This document shows positions 38,201 to 52,000 of a stretch of DNA of 64,000 bases, in pieces (within the stretch, counting starts at the first letter, position 1; every line of letters begins with the position of its first letter). The notes under the pieces were generated by a model. It had not been told where the DNA came from, did not search any database, and was given only the letters and a program-made list of their open reading frames with translations. This DNA is from Octopus sinensis (Eukaryota), in NCBI RefSeq assembly GCF_006345805.1, contig NC_043001.1, positions 99,324,001 through 99,388,000 on the forward strand, read 5' to 3'. Made by a program: the position numbers and the translations under genes.

Positions 38201-41200
38201 CAGATCACATAACAGGTAATCCCAGTAAATATTGCCTTGTTATATTGTTTCTGTTACTTTTAACTTCCAGATGGTTTAGGGTTTTGTTTAGGAGTGGGTT
38301 TCCTTTTATACATAACACTAAAGCCTTACATGGTTCTTTATCTACTTTTTCAAGAGCCCTACGGTTTTCTCAATAAGGAATTTCACTCTGAACATAAACA
38401 TGAGTTCTAAAAACATGACATAAACACAGATAAATGCCTAAATGTACACACAGAGACATGTATACATAACTGGCATACGCACGTATATATATAAGCAGTT
38501 ACTATAATGCATGTGCTTAGAATAAGTTTTTTCATCTAATTCTAGAATAAACCTGGACTACGAATCTTAGTTATTTAGTATACAGTTGTTCTATTAGTGT
38601 TTTTCATTTGATGGAACAATGAAGATATTTGAAGAAAACACAGTGCTTACAGCACCCAGGTAACATTTTCACACTATTGGATGCTATTTTCCTGCACATT
38701 TCAGTTGTTTTTTAAACCTTTTCCCCTTCACTTATACTTCCTTGGTTTCTGCCTTTTATTCTTATAGTATCTCTGTCTTGCTGGCTAAAAAAAAAAAAGT
38801 ACATGATAATAATAATAGCTATAAAAGTTGATTGGATGAAAGGTTACTAAAAGATTAAATTAACCCTAATATCTTTCTGTAGCTTCATATAGTTCTACCA
38901 GAAATAGTTTCACAGGTTTTTTCCACTCCCTCCCTCCTGTGTTTAAGTTCACACATGAACAGGCATTTCTAGTATACTATATGTATGAATGTATTGAGAT
39001 ATTTTATAGCTGCATTTGCTTTTCACATTAATTTGGGGCGTGAGCCTTACTAATCTACTCCCAAGTCATTATTTAGTACATATTTTTGTATCAAGAGGAG
39101 AATTTCCTTTACTTTTTGATCATTTCCCTGATCATTTATGTCAGCACTTCATCCAGAAATCGTTCTTATTTGCTTTCCATTTCTTTCCTCATATATAATT
39201 TCAAAGCATTGATTCCTCATGCAATAACTTTTATCCTATTATCAACAGTTCATTTATACAAATTTTAATTTTCTCCAGCTCTTGCTTATGTGTGCTATTA
39301 GTGAAAGCTTGATGAATTAAGCAATCAAGAATGTTAAGTGTTGCCAAGGATACAATGCCACAACGAAAGCAGGATATGAACTGTTGATCTTTGAATTTGT
39401 AGGCCATGACCCTCTCAACTCTGCTAGTTAATAAGATTCTATTAAAGAAGAAACAAGCAACTTCCATATGCAATGCCACTGCATGGCACTTTGGTCATGT
39501 GTCTTTTATTATAGCCTTGTCAATGGAATTTGGTAGACAGAAAGAGTGCAGAAGCCTGTTATATATATTTTGGCAGAATATATTTATATGTATTTGAATG
39601 AAAATCTATTGTGATATTTGTTTTACACAAGTTGTACAATCTCTTATCAGTTTTGCCATCAGAAATGCAGTGAGTCTTTGATGTTGGAAACTTGTAGTCA
39701 ACTGAATTATAGTTCATAAAATGTTAAAATTTTTAAAAAATAAATCTCTAGTGTAATTATGAAATATAATATTTAATGAATTTCTCATTTGAGTGTTCAG
39801 GTTTAAAATAAAAATTTTAAACTCCCTTTGAACTAGTATTCTTGTAATGTTTTGTCTATAGATAGTTGTCATTAAACCACTGGACAGAGGGAAATTTAAG
39901 ATTTAAAACAGGAACCGTATACTAATTGATCAATTTCTCTTTGTGCTCTCTTGATATATACAGAATATTAAACCTTTGAATGACTTTCCAGATACCATGT
40001 ATAAGGAATGCTCAACCCACTGGTTTTATATGTTTTTGTTGTTTTTCATTTTTATTTGCCAACTAAAGTGACCTGTGATGTGTGCAGGAAAAGAAAAATT
40101 ATGATTAACAGGTGTTTCAGTATTCATTTCACTACTTATTCTGAGTTGAAGGCTTTTCAGTTTTTAAGTTTCAAGATTGAATTACACTAACAAGAACTTT
40201 GATACAAAGTCAATATATTTTATGTTCTTGTTTTCATTGCGTCAAACTTAAAGTGACTCTTTTTAAATCTATCCCATGCTTTTTGCTATTTGATCTAATG
40301 TTAACTAATGAAAGAATACCATCTTTAAGCTAACAGTGCTTTCCAAAAGCTACTTGAAAAATACTAATGTTTAAAAATTATCCTAACAATGCATTGTCTG
40401 AAGTAAGATGGGGAAAAGGCTGAAAGGATACAGGTCTAAAGTAAATGCTGTTTACCAAATTTTAGTTTCATCAATCTCAGGTCAGGTTCAATTTAGCTTT
40501 TCATCCATCCACTGCTCAACAAATATACTGACTTTAGTACAATGATTTAATCTCTGGTGTCAAAACTGCTTTTTATTGCCGGTTAAAAGAAACCATAATT
40601 ATTGTATTAGGTGTTGTAGTACAGTGGTGTAGTTCTTAGAAAAAAGACATTTAAAAAAAAAAAGCATTTGTTTTCATTTTTTCACTTGCATGATTAAAGA
40701 AAATGATAAATATCAACTGCCCATTTACTGTCTGGTACGAGTCATTTTGCCTATATGAACAGCTTAAGTAGTAGAGCACCAGACAAAATACCTTGCCTTA
40801 ATTATTTACACCCTTAATGTTCTGAATCAGAAATGACTTTGCTTTCAACATTCTAGTTAATAGAATAGAATTGTCCCTGTCAAGTATTTGGGGTTGACTA
40901 TGGCCATGTACCATTGTTAGAAATTATTTTTGTTGTTATTATCATCATACTGTCCCATTTGATTGGAGGCTTTATTCTAATTAGTATTGTATGTTACTGT
41001 TGAGGTTAACTTGGCCATTTATTTAGGTGTAGTCTAACATATTTCACATAGTGAGTGGAACATAACTTTTAATCAATTGAAACTATAGTTGTAAATGAGA
41101 AAAGTCATTAAAGTTAATGAACATTTATATCAAAAGGGACAAGGGAAAGTACATCAGAATTTCAGTTAAATATTAAAACCAAAAATTACATAGGTATACA

Positions 41201-44200
41201 GTGTGGACAGTGAGCTCAATGACCTTGATCTTTGGTACTATGATAATACCTCTGGACTTGTTTTTCCTTTCTTCCAGAAAATAAGAAAATGACTCTCCCC
41301 AGACACAATAAAATAAGGCCAAATCCTGCAAAATATAAACAAAAACAATTTCAACTGCCCATTTATATTTTCCCTCTCAATTTTGTTTATTTACGCCCTT
41401 CCCTTGTTACTTAAGTACATCACAACTTTGGCTTCATTTGAAAAGTTCAAAAGTTGTGGGTTGGTGTAGGATGTTGTATTGCTGCTTAAGATGGTAGTTT
41501 GGGTCAGCAGGAAGTCTATTTTTGGTGGTGGAAGAAAGTAGCCACAGTAAAACTCCTTCATTCAAATAAACTCCTTTTCCCTCAGAGAAAATTTATTACT
41601 ATGAGAAATGTATCATCTAAGATGTTTGATTCCAAAAATATTCTTTAATCAATATAAACAACCTTCATGGTAGGTAATGGTAGCAGCTAAAATAGTTTTC
41701 ACCTTTTTTTTTTTCCTTTTTTTAATAGGTTTTAAAAGTTACATTCGAAAAGATATTTCTCCTATTTTCTTATATTGTTCTCAACTAACTGAGTAAGAAA
41801 ATTTAATATTACTGTTTTCTTTAATTTTATCATTATCTCTAAGATGGGTGAACTGGCTGAACTGTCAGTACACCAAGCACAATGAGTTCAAATTCCACTA
41901 AGGTTGACTTTGCCTTTCATTCTTTTAGAGTGGATAACATAAGTACCACTGGGGGTAATGTAATCGACTTACCTCACTCCTGATAGTGCTGGTCTTGTGC
42001 CAAAATTTGGAACCATTATTATTATTATTATTATTATTATTATCGCTATTTGTGATGTTGCTTGTTATATTATTTCGAGTTTGTTTATCTTTTGTTCTTT
42101 TTATTCATTTTTTTGTCTTTTTGCCAATTTTTTTAATGATTTATATATTTTTTTTCCTTGCATATTTTTATCTAGGAAATAATTGTGTCACTAATTAGCA
42201 GATATGCAATTCTCACAACCGCACATATATACTGAATTTATATGTATATAAACACATACTATGTTATATATATTAAACATGCACAAGTTATGCTGTAAAG
42301 TTCACATACTTAGAACCTTGCAGATCCCATATTACAGAAGCATTGTTTTCATGAAAATTGTGTGTTGATGTGTTTGTAATGCAAAATATACTCTCCCTTT
42401 AACTTCCCTATCAAAGGTGTTACAGGACTTTAGTAATAACCAGATTAAATTGTATCAAGTTTCTAATATTGCAACTTCATTCTACTGTTTTTCTTCATTC
42501 TATTAAGGTCATGTTTTAATGTACACCTTAATGTTCTATTTTGCTTTTTATTAGCACAGTGGATTGGCACACTCAGAGCTTTGGGATAAAATGCCTTGTG
42601 ATATTTGTTCTGGCTCTTTATATTTTGAGTTCAAATCCTGACAGGGTCAACTTTGCTTTTCATTCCTCCAGGGTTGATATGATAAAATGCTAACCAAGTA
42701 CTGGAGTCAAAATTGACTAGCTTCTCTCCTCAGAATTGCTGGCCTTAGGCTGAAATTAGAAACTAATATTATTTAGGTATTGTTGTAGCAGAGATGTTCA
42801 ACTACTTGGGCTAAATGTTTACAATATTTAGTTATGTCCCTTAATGTTTTCATGTTCAAGCCATACTTTTCATTATCAATATTTTCATTATCCATCAGTG
42901 AAGTGCTGAAGACAAGTGAATCAACTGTATCGTTCTTTTACAATTTATGGTGTAATGCTTATGTTAACAATGATTGTTGTTGTTTAGCATTGGTCAGTCC
43001 TGATTCATATGACCTATTGTCACCATGACCACCTCATCTGTGTCTTCAACAATGCCTTATCTGGAATGACACAACACTATACAATGTTTTGTCCCTTTCC
43101 AAGATGCCAGAGTATGATTTGAAGAACATGCCAGTTCACCCTCCAGTTTATTGAATCTGTTCTTATTTTACTGAACCTGGAGGAATGAAATGTGAGTTGA
43201 CCCATCCAGTTCACTTCAGTGGTATTTGATTTAAAAAAGAAAAGTATTAAAAAAAACATTAGTTAACATTGTGGATCAATGTCAACTCATGACAAAAACA
43301 GTGGTTTAGGAGCTGGCTGTGCTGATCAGGAAATTTACTCCACAACCATGTGATTCTAGGTTCAGTGTTATGTTATTCAAGTTTATTCTTCCATTACTTC
43401 ACATTGACCAATACTTTGTGGATGTAATTTGATAGATGGAAACTGTGCAGAAGCCTGTACTATATATTTATGTGTGTGGTGTGTGTATCTTGTACTTGTA
43501 TGGGTTAGACAGTTTATTAGGGTAGCTTTTATATGCCCAGATGTTCTTCCTGTCACCAACTCTTACCTGTCTCTACACAAAGTAATATTTCTCTACAGTC
43601 AGATAGGTTTTTGCAGAATATTAGAAATGAATGATATTCATTTACAACAACCACATGACGTCAAGACAAGGAGAAAGAAATATACGTACACATACAAACA
43701 CAAGGACTTCAAGTTTCCATCTACCAAATACACTCACAAAGCTCCAGAGGTTTAGTTAAATATCCAACCCTTTTTTCATCAAGCTATTGTTTGGAAGATA
43801 ACAATTGATTCTTAGATAAAACTGTAATGACATTTTTATTTTAATTTGAACACCATAGAAAGGACTATTTTGTACCAAAGAACTGGGAGGTGGCTTCAAA
43901 TGGGTTTGTACCAAAAGAGTTAATCTACATTTCTATTTTTAAAACCCTCTTGATCTACATATTTTCAATGGCTTTTAATAATAATGAAAAAGAAAGGAAA
44001 AATCATGTTTTGTATCACAGTTTCTACATAGACATACACTTTTCAAATACATGCAAACAGACACATCTGCGCAAAATTATAAATTCCTACTTAACAAGAT
44101 TGTTTCCTTTCAAAGATCTACTTCATTCTGAGTATTTCAGTATAAGCTGGTGGAAGCTGTGTCAGTTGTCATTGTAATATGAACTTCAAAATTTTGTGCT

Positions 44201-46637
44201 TTCTATAAATGAAAGTTGAATCATTGCAGATGGGAACCACCCATAGACAATTGTCACGTTTTTACTGTTTTATGTTATTTTTAGGTTTGTGTATTTGTTT
44301 TCAAATTCAGTTAGGCTACTATTATTAACTGATAGGTTTATGGAAATCTTAAATTGACTAAAATATTAGAGATTTTTCATTATAACATACCAATTTAGTT
44401 CATTATTTACTAGCTAACACGGGAGCTCTTATGTGGTCACTTCATCTGCTAGAAATAGCTGCCAAATCTCCCTTAAATCACATCCTTGCCATGTGACACA
44501 TGAAAGATGGATACATTGAATAGTGTAGTCCTTTATGCAGTGGGCCTTGGAAAAAGTCAGGAATGTCATGGCTGGAATACCTTTGGTGATGTCTTCTTGA
44601 TCAGGACCAATCTGAAGCCAAACAACTTAATTATTTGTTTTTATAACACAAATTTTACAGGTTAATATTTTACTAATAGTTTAGTGTGATGACTATGGTT
44701 TACTGTTTTCATTGGTTATCATTGCCAACTGTTTTGTTGAGGGCATGCAGAGTGGCATGAAGTATACATCATGCATAAACTTTCACTGACCTAGTCCACC
44801 TAGCGATGAAAGGATATGCGATAGTGCGAGTGACTGCTATATGCAACAGGAACCATTTATAATTCAGGAGTTGTTCCTTAGCTTATAATATTGAGTTCAA
44901 GACCCCTAAGTGCCTAGAAAAGAGGTTTGAAAAACATTTATTTTCTATTGAAATTTTCAAGACTATTTAATCTACAGGATCATCTGCAAATTCAAGATCT
45001 AATTATATAATCTCTACATTTTAATATACATATATTTTGAGGCAACACTTTTAACTGCATCCACCACTACCAATCCTTATTATGATCATCATTGGGTATT
45101 TTCTAAAATTCAATTTATTCCTGTCGTCCCATTTATCATGCTTAACTTTTTGAGAATGCCCTGGCACTTACCACCATCTATATCTCTCTCTTCCTTTACT
45201 CAACCATCTCATTTATATTATGATTCCTGTTCCTTATGAGTATGCCCAGCATTTTCCCACCATCTCTATCCTGCTGCTGTCTCCCACTCTCTCTCCTTCT
45301 CCTACACTACCCTCAGGTTGGGCAACCATGTATTTTCTTTGCAGTAGCACATCTGCTTTCTGGATCTTTCTCTCTCCAGCAGGGTAACCTTGTACTTCCT
45401 CTACAGCAAGACACCTGTATCTGTTTCATTATAACTTTTTCATCATCACCTCCCCCATTGCCTCCTCTTAAAAGTTCTTTTTTTTTATATGCCTTGCAAG
45501 TACATTGTGACCCTGTCAGTGCAGGCGCCACTTAAAAACACCCAGTCCACACTGTAATGTGGTTGGTGTTTGGAAGGGCATCCAGCTGTAAAAAACCTTG
45601 CCAAAACTGACCTCACTTGTGCTTGTGCCACATAAAAAGCACTAAGCACTAAGTGGTTGGTGTTGGGAAGAGTATCCAGCTGTAAAAATCCTTCCACTGC
45701 AGTCACAGAAGTCTGGTGCAGGCTTCAGCCTGACTGGCTCTTGTGGTACCATCCCACCTATGCTAGCATGGAAGACGGATGTTATATGACGATGATGATG
45801 AGCTTTTGGGGAATAGTGTCTATGAAAGAGAAGAGAGAGAGAGAGAGAGAGATTTTACTGATAAGAACCTGATAGTAAATCTTGTAATGTCTTTATGTTT
45901 GTATCTTTGGAGCAAGATACTTTGTATGAACATGCTTCTATTTTAGTGAAGGCACATGACAAAGTGGTCTGGGTATTCAGCTCATTATCATATGGTCAGG
46001 AGTTCAATTCCTGTTGGCATGTGGTGTCCTTGAGCAAGACACTTCATTTCAAGTTGCTCCAGTCCACTCAGCTGACAAAAATGAATAGTACTTGTATTTC
46101 AAAGGGCAAGCTATGTCACATTCTGTGTCACACTGAATCTCCCTGGGAACTTAACATTATGGGTATGTATGTTTGTGGAGTGCTCAGCCACTTGCTTGTT
46201 AATTCCACAAGCAGGCTGTTCCGTTGATCTGAACGATTAGAACCCTTATCACCCAAACTGACAGTGCCAGTGGTTTTTATTTGAATAGCTGCCATGAAAG
46301 ATGTGCTGTCATGATAACAAATGTTGAGATATATATATATATATATATCAACATTGCCTTCGAAAGGTGGAGTAGTTGAAACAGGGACAACTGAAGAAGG
46401 AGAATATTCTTTATGTTGTATGTCTCATTTTTCTGTTTGTTTGTTTTTTCGTTGTTCAAAAAAAAGTTCATTCCTATGTTTTCGTTTCTTTTGTGTTCAA
46501 CGTTTTTTTGATGTCCTGTACCCATATATGCATGTATATATACATATATATGTAGGTATGTACATATATGTATGTATATATGCATATATTTATATATTAT
46601 TTATATTGTTATATATATATATATATAAAACAATATA

Positions 46638-46675
<38 letters not shown>

Positions 46676-48999
46676 ATATAAATAATATATATATATATAT
46701 ATATATAAAACAATGCATATATATGTATTTTCATGTGGTGTTGTTCTTTAGCTCCACATCAGTTCTGATCTAGCAGGCCTATTATCAAAGACATTCCAAC
46801 TATGACCATCTTGTCTTTTAGTTAGTACACCTTGGACTGCTTTGAATATAGCTTTCATTTCTAGAGTGCAATTTAAAGATTTGGTCTCTTATTTCCTGCA
46901 GGTTGAGCAACCATTTAGGTCCTCTTCATTGGCTCTGTGTGTGGGTATGTATGTATACACGTAAAGGCATACATATATTAAATGAAATCATGGGACTGAA
47001 ATACAAACATTGACTTGTCATACAAGTTAGTTGAAGTTTTCCTCTTACTAAAGGTAGCTCAACAGACTTGACAAGTAGGGCAAGTTAGTGCAAATTTTGG
47101 TATTGTGATGGTCAGGCTTAGCTGCTTTGAGTGCTAAAGGACTGAATTAAGTTTTGAACTAGTTTTTAATTACTCTTTTACTTGTTTCAGTCACTTGACT
47201 GCGGCCATGCTGGAGCAGCGCCTTTAGTCGAGCAAATCAACCCCAGGACTTATTCTTTGTAAGCCTAATACTTATTCTATCGGTCAATTTTGCCAAACTG
47301 CTAAGTTACGGAGGCGCAAACACACCACCATCGGTTGTCAAGCGATGTTGGGGGGACATACACACATACATATATATATACATACATATATATGACGGGC
47401 TTCTTTCAATTTCTGTCTACCAAATCCACTCACAAGACTTTGGTTATCCTGAGAAAACTCTTACCCAATGTGCCACACAGTGGGAATGAACTTGGAACCA
47501 TGTGGTTGGTAAGCAAGCTACTTACCACACAGCCACTCCTATGCCTATTATAACATTTTGTTAAAAATCACTTTTTTCTCACATCTTAATATATATGATA
47601 GATAAAATTTAGATTTTTTCTTTTTGTTTGTTTACTGAAATAAATTGCTTCTATTTATTTCGTAACCTCCAGTTTGTTGAAGAGCAAAGTCAACCTCAGC
47701 AAAATAGCATCTCAATGAAAAGAATTTTTAAAAATGGCGTTTAATATCATTTTATGTGATATGTGAATTTAAACAGTTTATAATATTTTTTACGTAATTA
47801 TTTATAAACATATGTTAAAAAATTAGAGCACCTATTTTACTGGTCCCCCTCCCATTCACTAATTTTTTTTTTTTTGTGTGTAGATTTGATACTGTTGACA
47901 TTTTTTTTCCCATTTCTGTTTACATACCTGTCAATCTTCTTTCATCCTGCTGATTGCTCTCTCTATCTCTAACATGATCAAGTGGTATATCACAATGAAT
48001 TCAATAAATCAGTGTTTCTGTTTTAGCTTGAAGCTTTCCACATCCCCCCCACACACACACACACTTTGAATAATGACTTAATTATTTGTAAATTTGTTTT
48101 CATTTTCCCTTTTTTGTTGTAGTTTTAAGAATATTTATTGCATGCAGTGTGTCTGTGTATGATTTTGTAGAAGAGAAATGTATATTTCCTAGTATTGCAT
48201 CAAATAATAAAATATATTCTTATATTGAAACTTGTAAAGATTAAATAAATATAATATTCTGCTGAAACATATTGAGTGGTCCTACACAAAACTAAGTGTT
48301 GAACTAGAATGGGAAAATAGTCAAGCAGATAAGATATTGGTTTGCTGCCTCATAAGTCAAAAGTTCAAATGCTGCTAACTTGTTGCATTTATGGAGAGAC
48401 AGTATATTAAATTTTACATAGTATCAATTAATTTTCTTCAGCTATAAAGGAATAAGTATGAGGTCATTTGGTGTGGTTAACATCTTATCCAGAGGGAAAT
48501 TCATCTTTTATCTGTTAAATATCATGGAAAGTGGAGTGCAGTACAAACCTTACTACAGGCCCTTCTGATTTTGGAAACAATAATATGAAAAAGAGCACAT
48601 GTTTGTTAGACAAAAAATTCACTGAAGAAGTGATTTCTCCACTTTGCTCTGAACTGAAGATGTGCTGAGCAGATTTTTGTCTCAAATGAAATTAAGAACT
48701 GTTATTTACAAATTTACCTTAATCCTAATAATTAGCTAATCATAGACTATTGAGTTCCAAGAGTTGGTTTCTGGTTATGCTGAACTCTTGATTAGTAAGT
48801 CAAAGGAAAGAAGATGCCTCTCTGGGTTTTAATATTTATATGTATCTGAGCATGTATCTGTCTGTGCTTCTACCTTGATGAATGACCAATGTCTCCTTGA
48901 CCATTTTTCATTTAAACTAGCCAAATCTGTTCACCTTTAAGACACTAGTATAGATTTATAACTATTTTGGTAGTAAGAAACACATCTCAAATTTCTAAG

Positions 49000-49034
<35 letters not shown>

Positions 49035-52000
49035 CATCCTATAAATAATGTGGGGTTTTTTTTATAGATTTATTTTTCAAAGTTCTTTTTTAATCTAAAA
49101 TATAACCTTCATTTTCTACTATGCTCTTCCATCTATCTGATAAATTTGCAAGGACCTCCTTCCAAAATTCACTTGTCTGTTATGATAAAATACTTCTCCA
49201 GTACTGTTCTGACCTTGTCTACAGAATTCATATTTTTTCCATCCAAATGATTTTGAAGACTGCAGAATAAATGATAATCAGATGGATGGACTATCATTTC
49301 CCATTCCCTGATGGAAGAACATCTTTCATCTTGAAACTAAAGATGTTCATTTTTCTTCTAGCACTGACTTAAGCCACTCAAGCTGCTCGCAGTAGATCTC
49401 CTTTATCGTTTGGTTTGGGTTGGGTTTAAAAGTTCAAACTGGACTAAACATTTCATATCCCACCAAACAGATAACACCTTACATGGGTAAAGATGTTCTT
49501 TAGTCTGGGGTGCCAGTGTTTCTCCTTTCCCTACTCACTGTCTTTAGCACTTGACATTTTTATAGAGAACCCATTTCTCATTACCAGTCGCTATTCAGTC
49601 CAAAAAAGGTTCATTCATGAGATGTGACAGCAAAGAAGAGCACATATTCACTCTCTTGCACACGAATAGACTTGGAAAGTTTGTGAGGAACCTATTGACC
49701 CAAGTTTATGCAGGTAGTTTATCCCATCTCATGCAGTTGAAAAAACCATGTAGTTTATGGGATGACCCAATACACACACACACACACACACACATGTCTA
49801 ATAACCTTAAGGAATGCTAATGGATTGAGCTGAACTCTAGAATTGGAGTAGGAATGTGAGAAAGTGATAATTTAAAAACAAAAAAATGTAATTACTTTGA
49901 AGAAAGGAATCCTTTTCCTTTCTCACTGTAACTATATTGATTTTTAACTATCAGGAAGTTCCTAAAGAATTGAGTGTTTTGTTAAAGATTGTCAGCAATA
50001 TATTTGAAAGGTTTTTTTTTTTATTGTTTCATGAAATTATATACATGTAATATTTAATGTTGAATTAAAAACTATTTAAACTAGTAATTGAATTTATTTA
50101 CAGGGAACCTAAAACTGATTACACTTACTCTGAGAGGTAAGTTTTTTTCCTCTTTATTTTAAAGATAATTTGATCTTTAACATGTAATAAAATATTTTAT
50201 TATGATTGTAATAGTGCAGGGATGTGGAAGGAGAATGCAGTGGCTATACTGAGAAAGGTAGCAGAGAAAAAACAAAGTATTTAGAGAGGTGGATTGGTTA
50301 GGTAAATAAATAAATGGGGTGGGGAGAGAGAAATGTCCAGTTACCCAGAGAGGTAAACAGGCAATTCAGAAATCAGTCGGTGAAAAAGTGAAAGGCAAGA
50401 GAAGCAAGATGGACTGAAGTAAAAACTCTACAACAGTAATATAGTGAGTGAGTAAATGAAAGAGAGAGAGGAATTAATGTGCAATATCAAACTGTTGATT
50501 CTGTGAAAAATATAGGGACCTATTATGTATTTAGGGAGAAGGGAAGCTGTGAGGAAATAAGTTAGCAAAAGTAATGAAGGAATGTAAGGGAGTCAGAATA
50601 CAAGAGCAAGGAATTAGACAACTTTTCAATGAAGAAATTTTCAGTCAAAGAGAAATTGCTTTACTTATAATTGTAGAAAATATATGAAAATTATCACAAA
50701 TTGTTAGTGCTTGATGGTGAATTGGGAGCTGCTGCAAAATGACAAGACACCAAGAAGAAATAGAAGCAGGGTCTTGGGTTAAAAGAATAACTGAAACAAG
50801 ACAAAATGAAGCAGAAGAAAATGAAGTAATGTTTGGAGTAACAAGAATTACTGGAGGAAGACCAATAAACCTCATCATTTTTTAGGGTACTAAACTAGTT
50901 TAGTAATGTATATAAGTCTCATATATAAATATATATCAAACAGAATGTAATCATGATTTAATGTGTCTTCCTTGCCGGCATGGATTAGATGGTTCGATAG
51001 GATCTGGTGAGTCATGCATCAGTGTCTACTTTGGAATAGTTTCTACAGCTGAATACTTTTCCTGACACCAGCCAATTCACCAGAGTGTACTGTGTGCTTT
51101 GTTTTTATGGCACCAGCACTATTGTGGTTACTGTGAAACTCACTAGACAAAAGAACCTCCTCAACTGAGTAGGAGTAATGTAGTAAGGGAGATAGCTTTC
51201 TATTGAGAAGTTAAAATATGAAAAAAGAATAAACTACTAGAATTCAACCCTTGCGACAGCTAGTGTTCATTCTAAAAGTACATGAATTTTACTTGCTTCA
51301 GTCTGTCTTACAAAACAGGGGCTCTATTTCCTATTCAGTCATAAATATTTAGCTGGCCATCAATATATTAAATCCAATACTTCAATATACATATATTAAG
51401 ATTTGAAAATCTACTTCATCTACATTAACATTTAAATTAGTAAAAACAAAAATGATGAAAAGGAAGCATCTCTGTATCTATTATCATCGTTACCAATTTC
51501 CTAAATGTGTTAGTTAAATTCTGTTTCCATGTGAATAATTGTTTTTTTTTTCTTTTTATTTGTTTTCAGTAAGAGTTATACTGTGAAATGTGATTCAAGC
51601 TGCAGAAGCCCAAATATGTCACGTCGAAACCTTCATCGAAACGATCTCTCGGGGTATAGGGAATCACCTGGGCAAACCCCTTCTTGTACTCATTGGTTAA
51701 GGTCTCGTGAAATATATTCAAATACTTCTCCTAGTGAGGAATCTAGCATCACATTTTCCAGTTACCGTTCAGGTCGGTACAAAAAAGTGCTTAGTTCTTT
51801 TTATATATTTTTTTTTTATTCACTTGCTAAGTTCTGGTCAATTTGAATGTGGTATCAATATTCTTCATCTCTTGTTAGAGTATGCATTTTTTTAAAGTTA
51901 CAATAATATTTTCATTATTCTCTCTCTCTCTCTCTCGTTTGACAAGAAGTTAGAATTTAAGTCAATCATAAGTAAGCTTTTGAAAAAAAATTTTCATATG

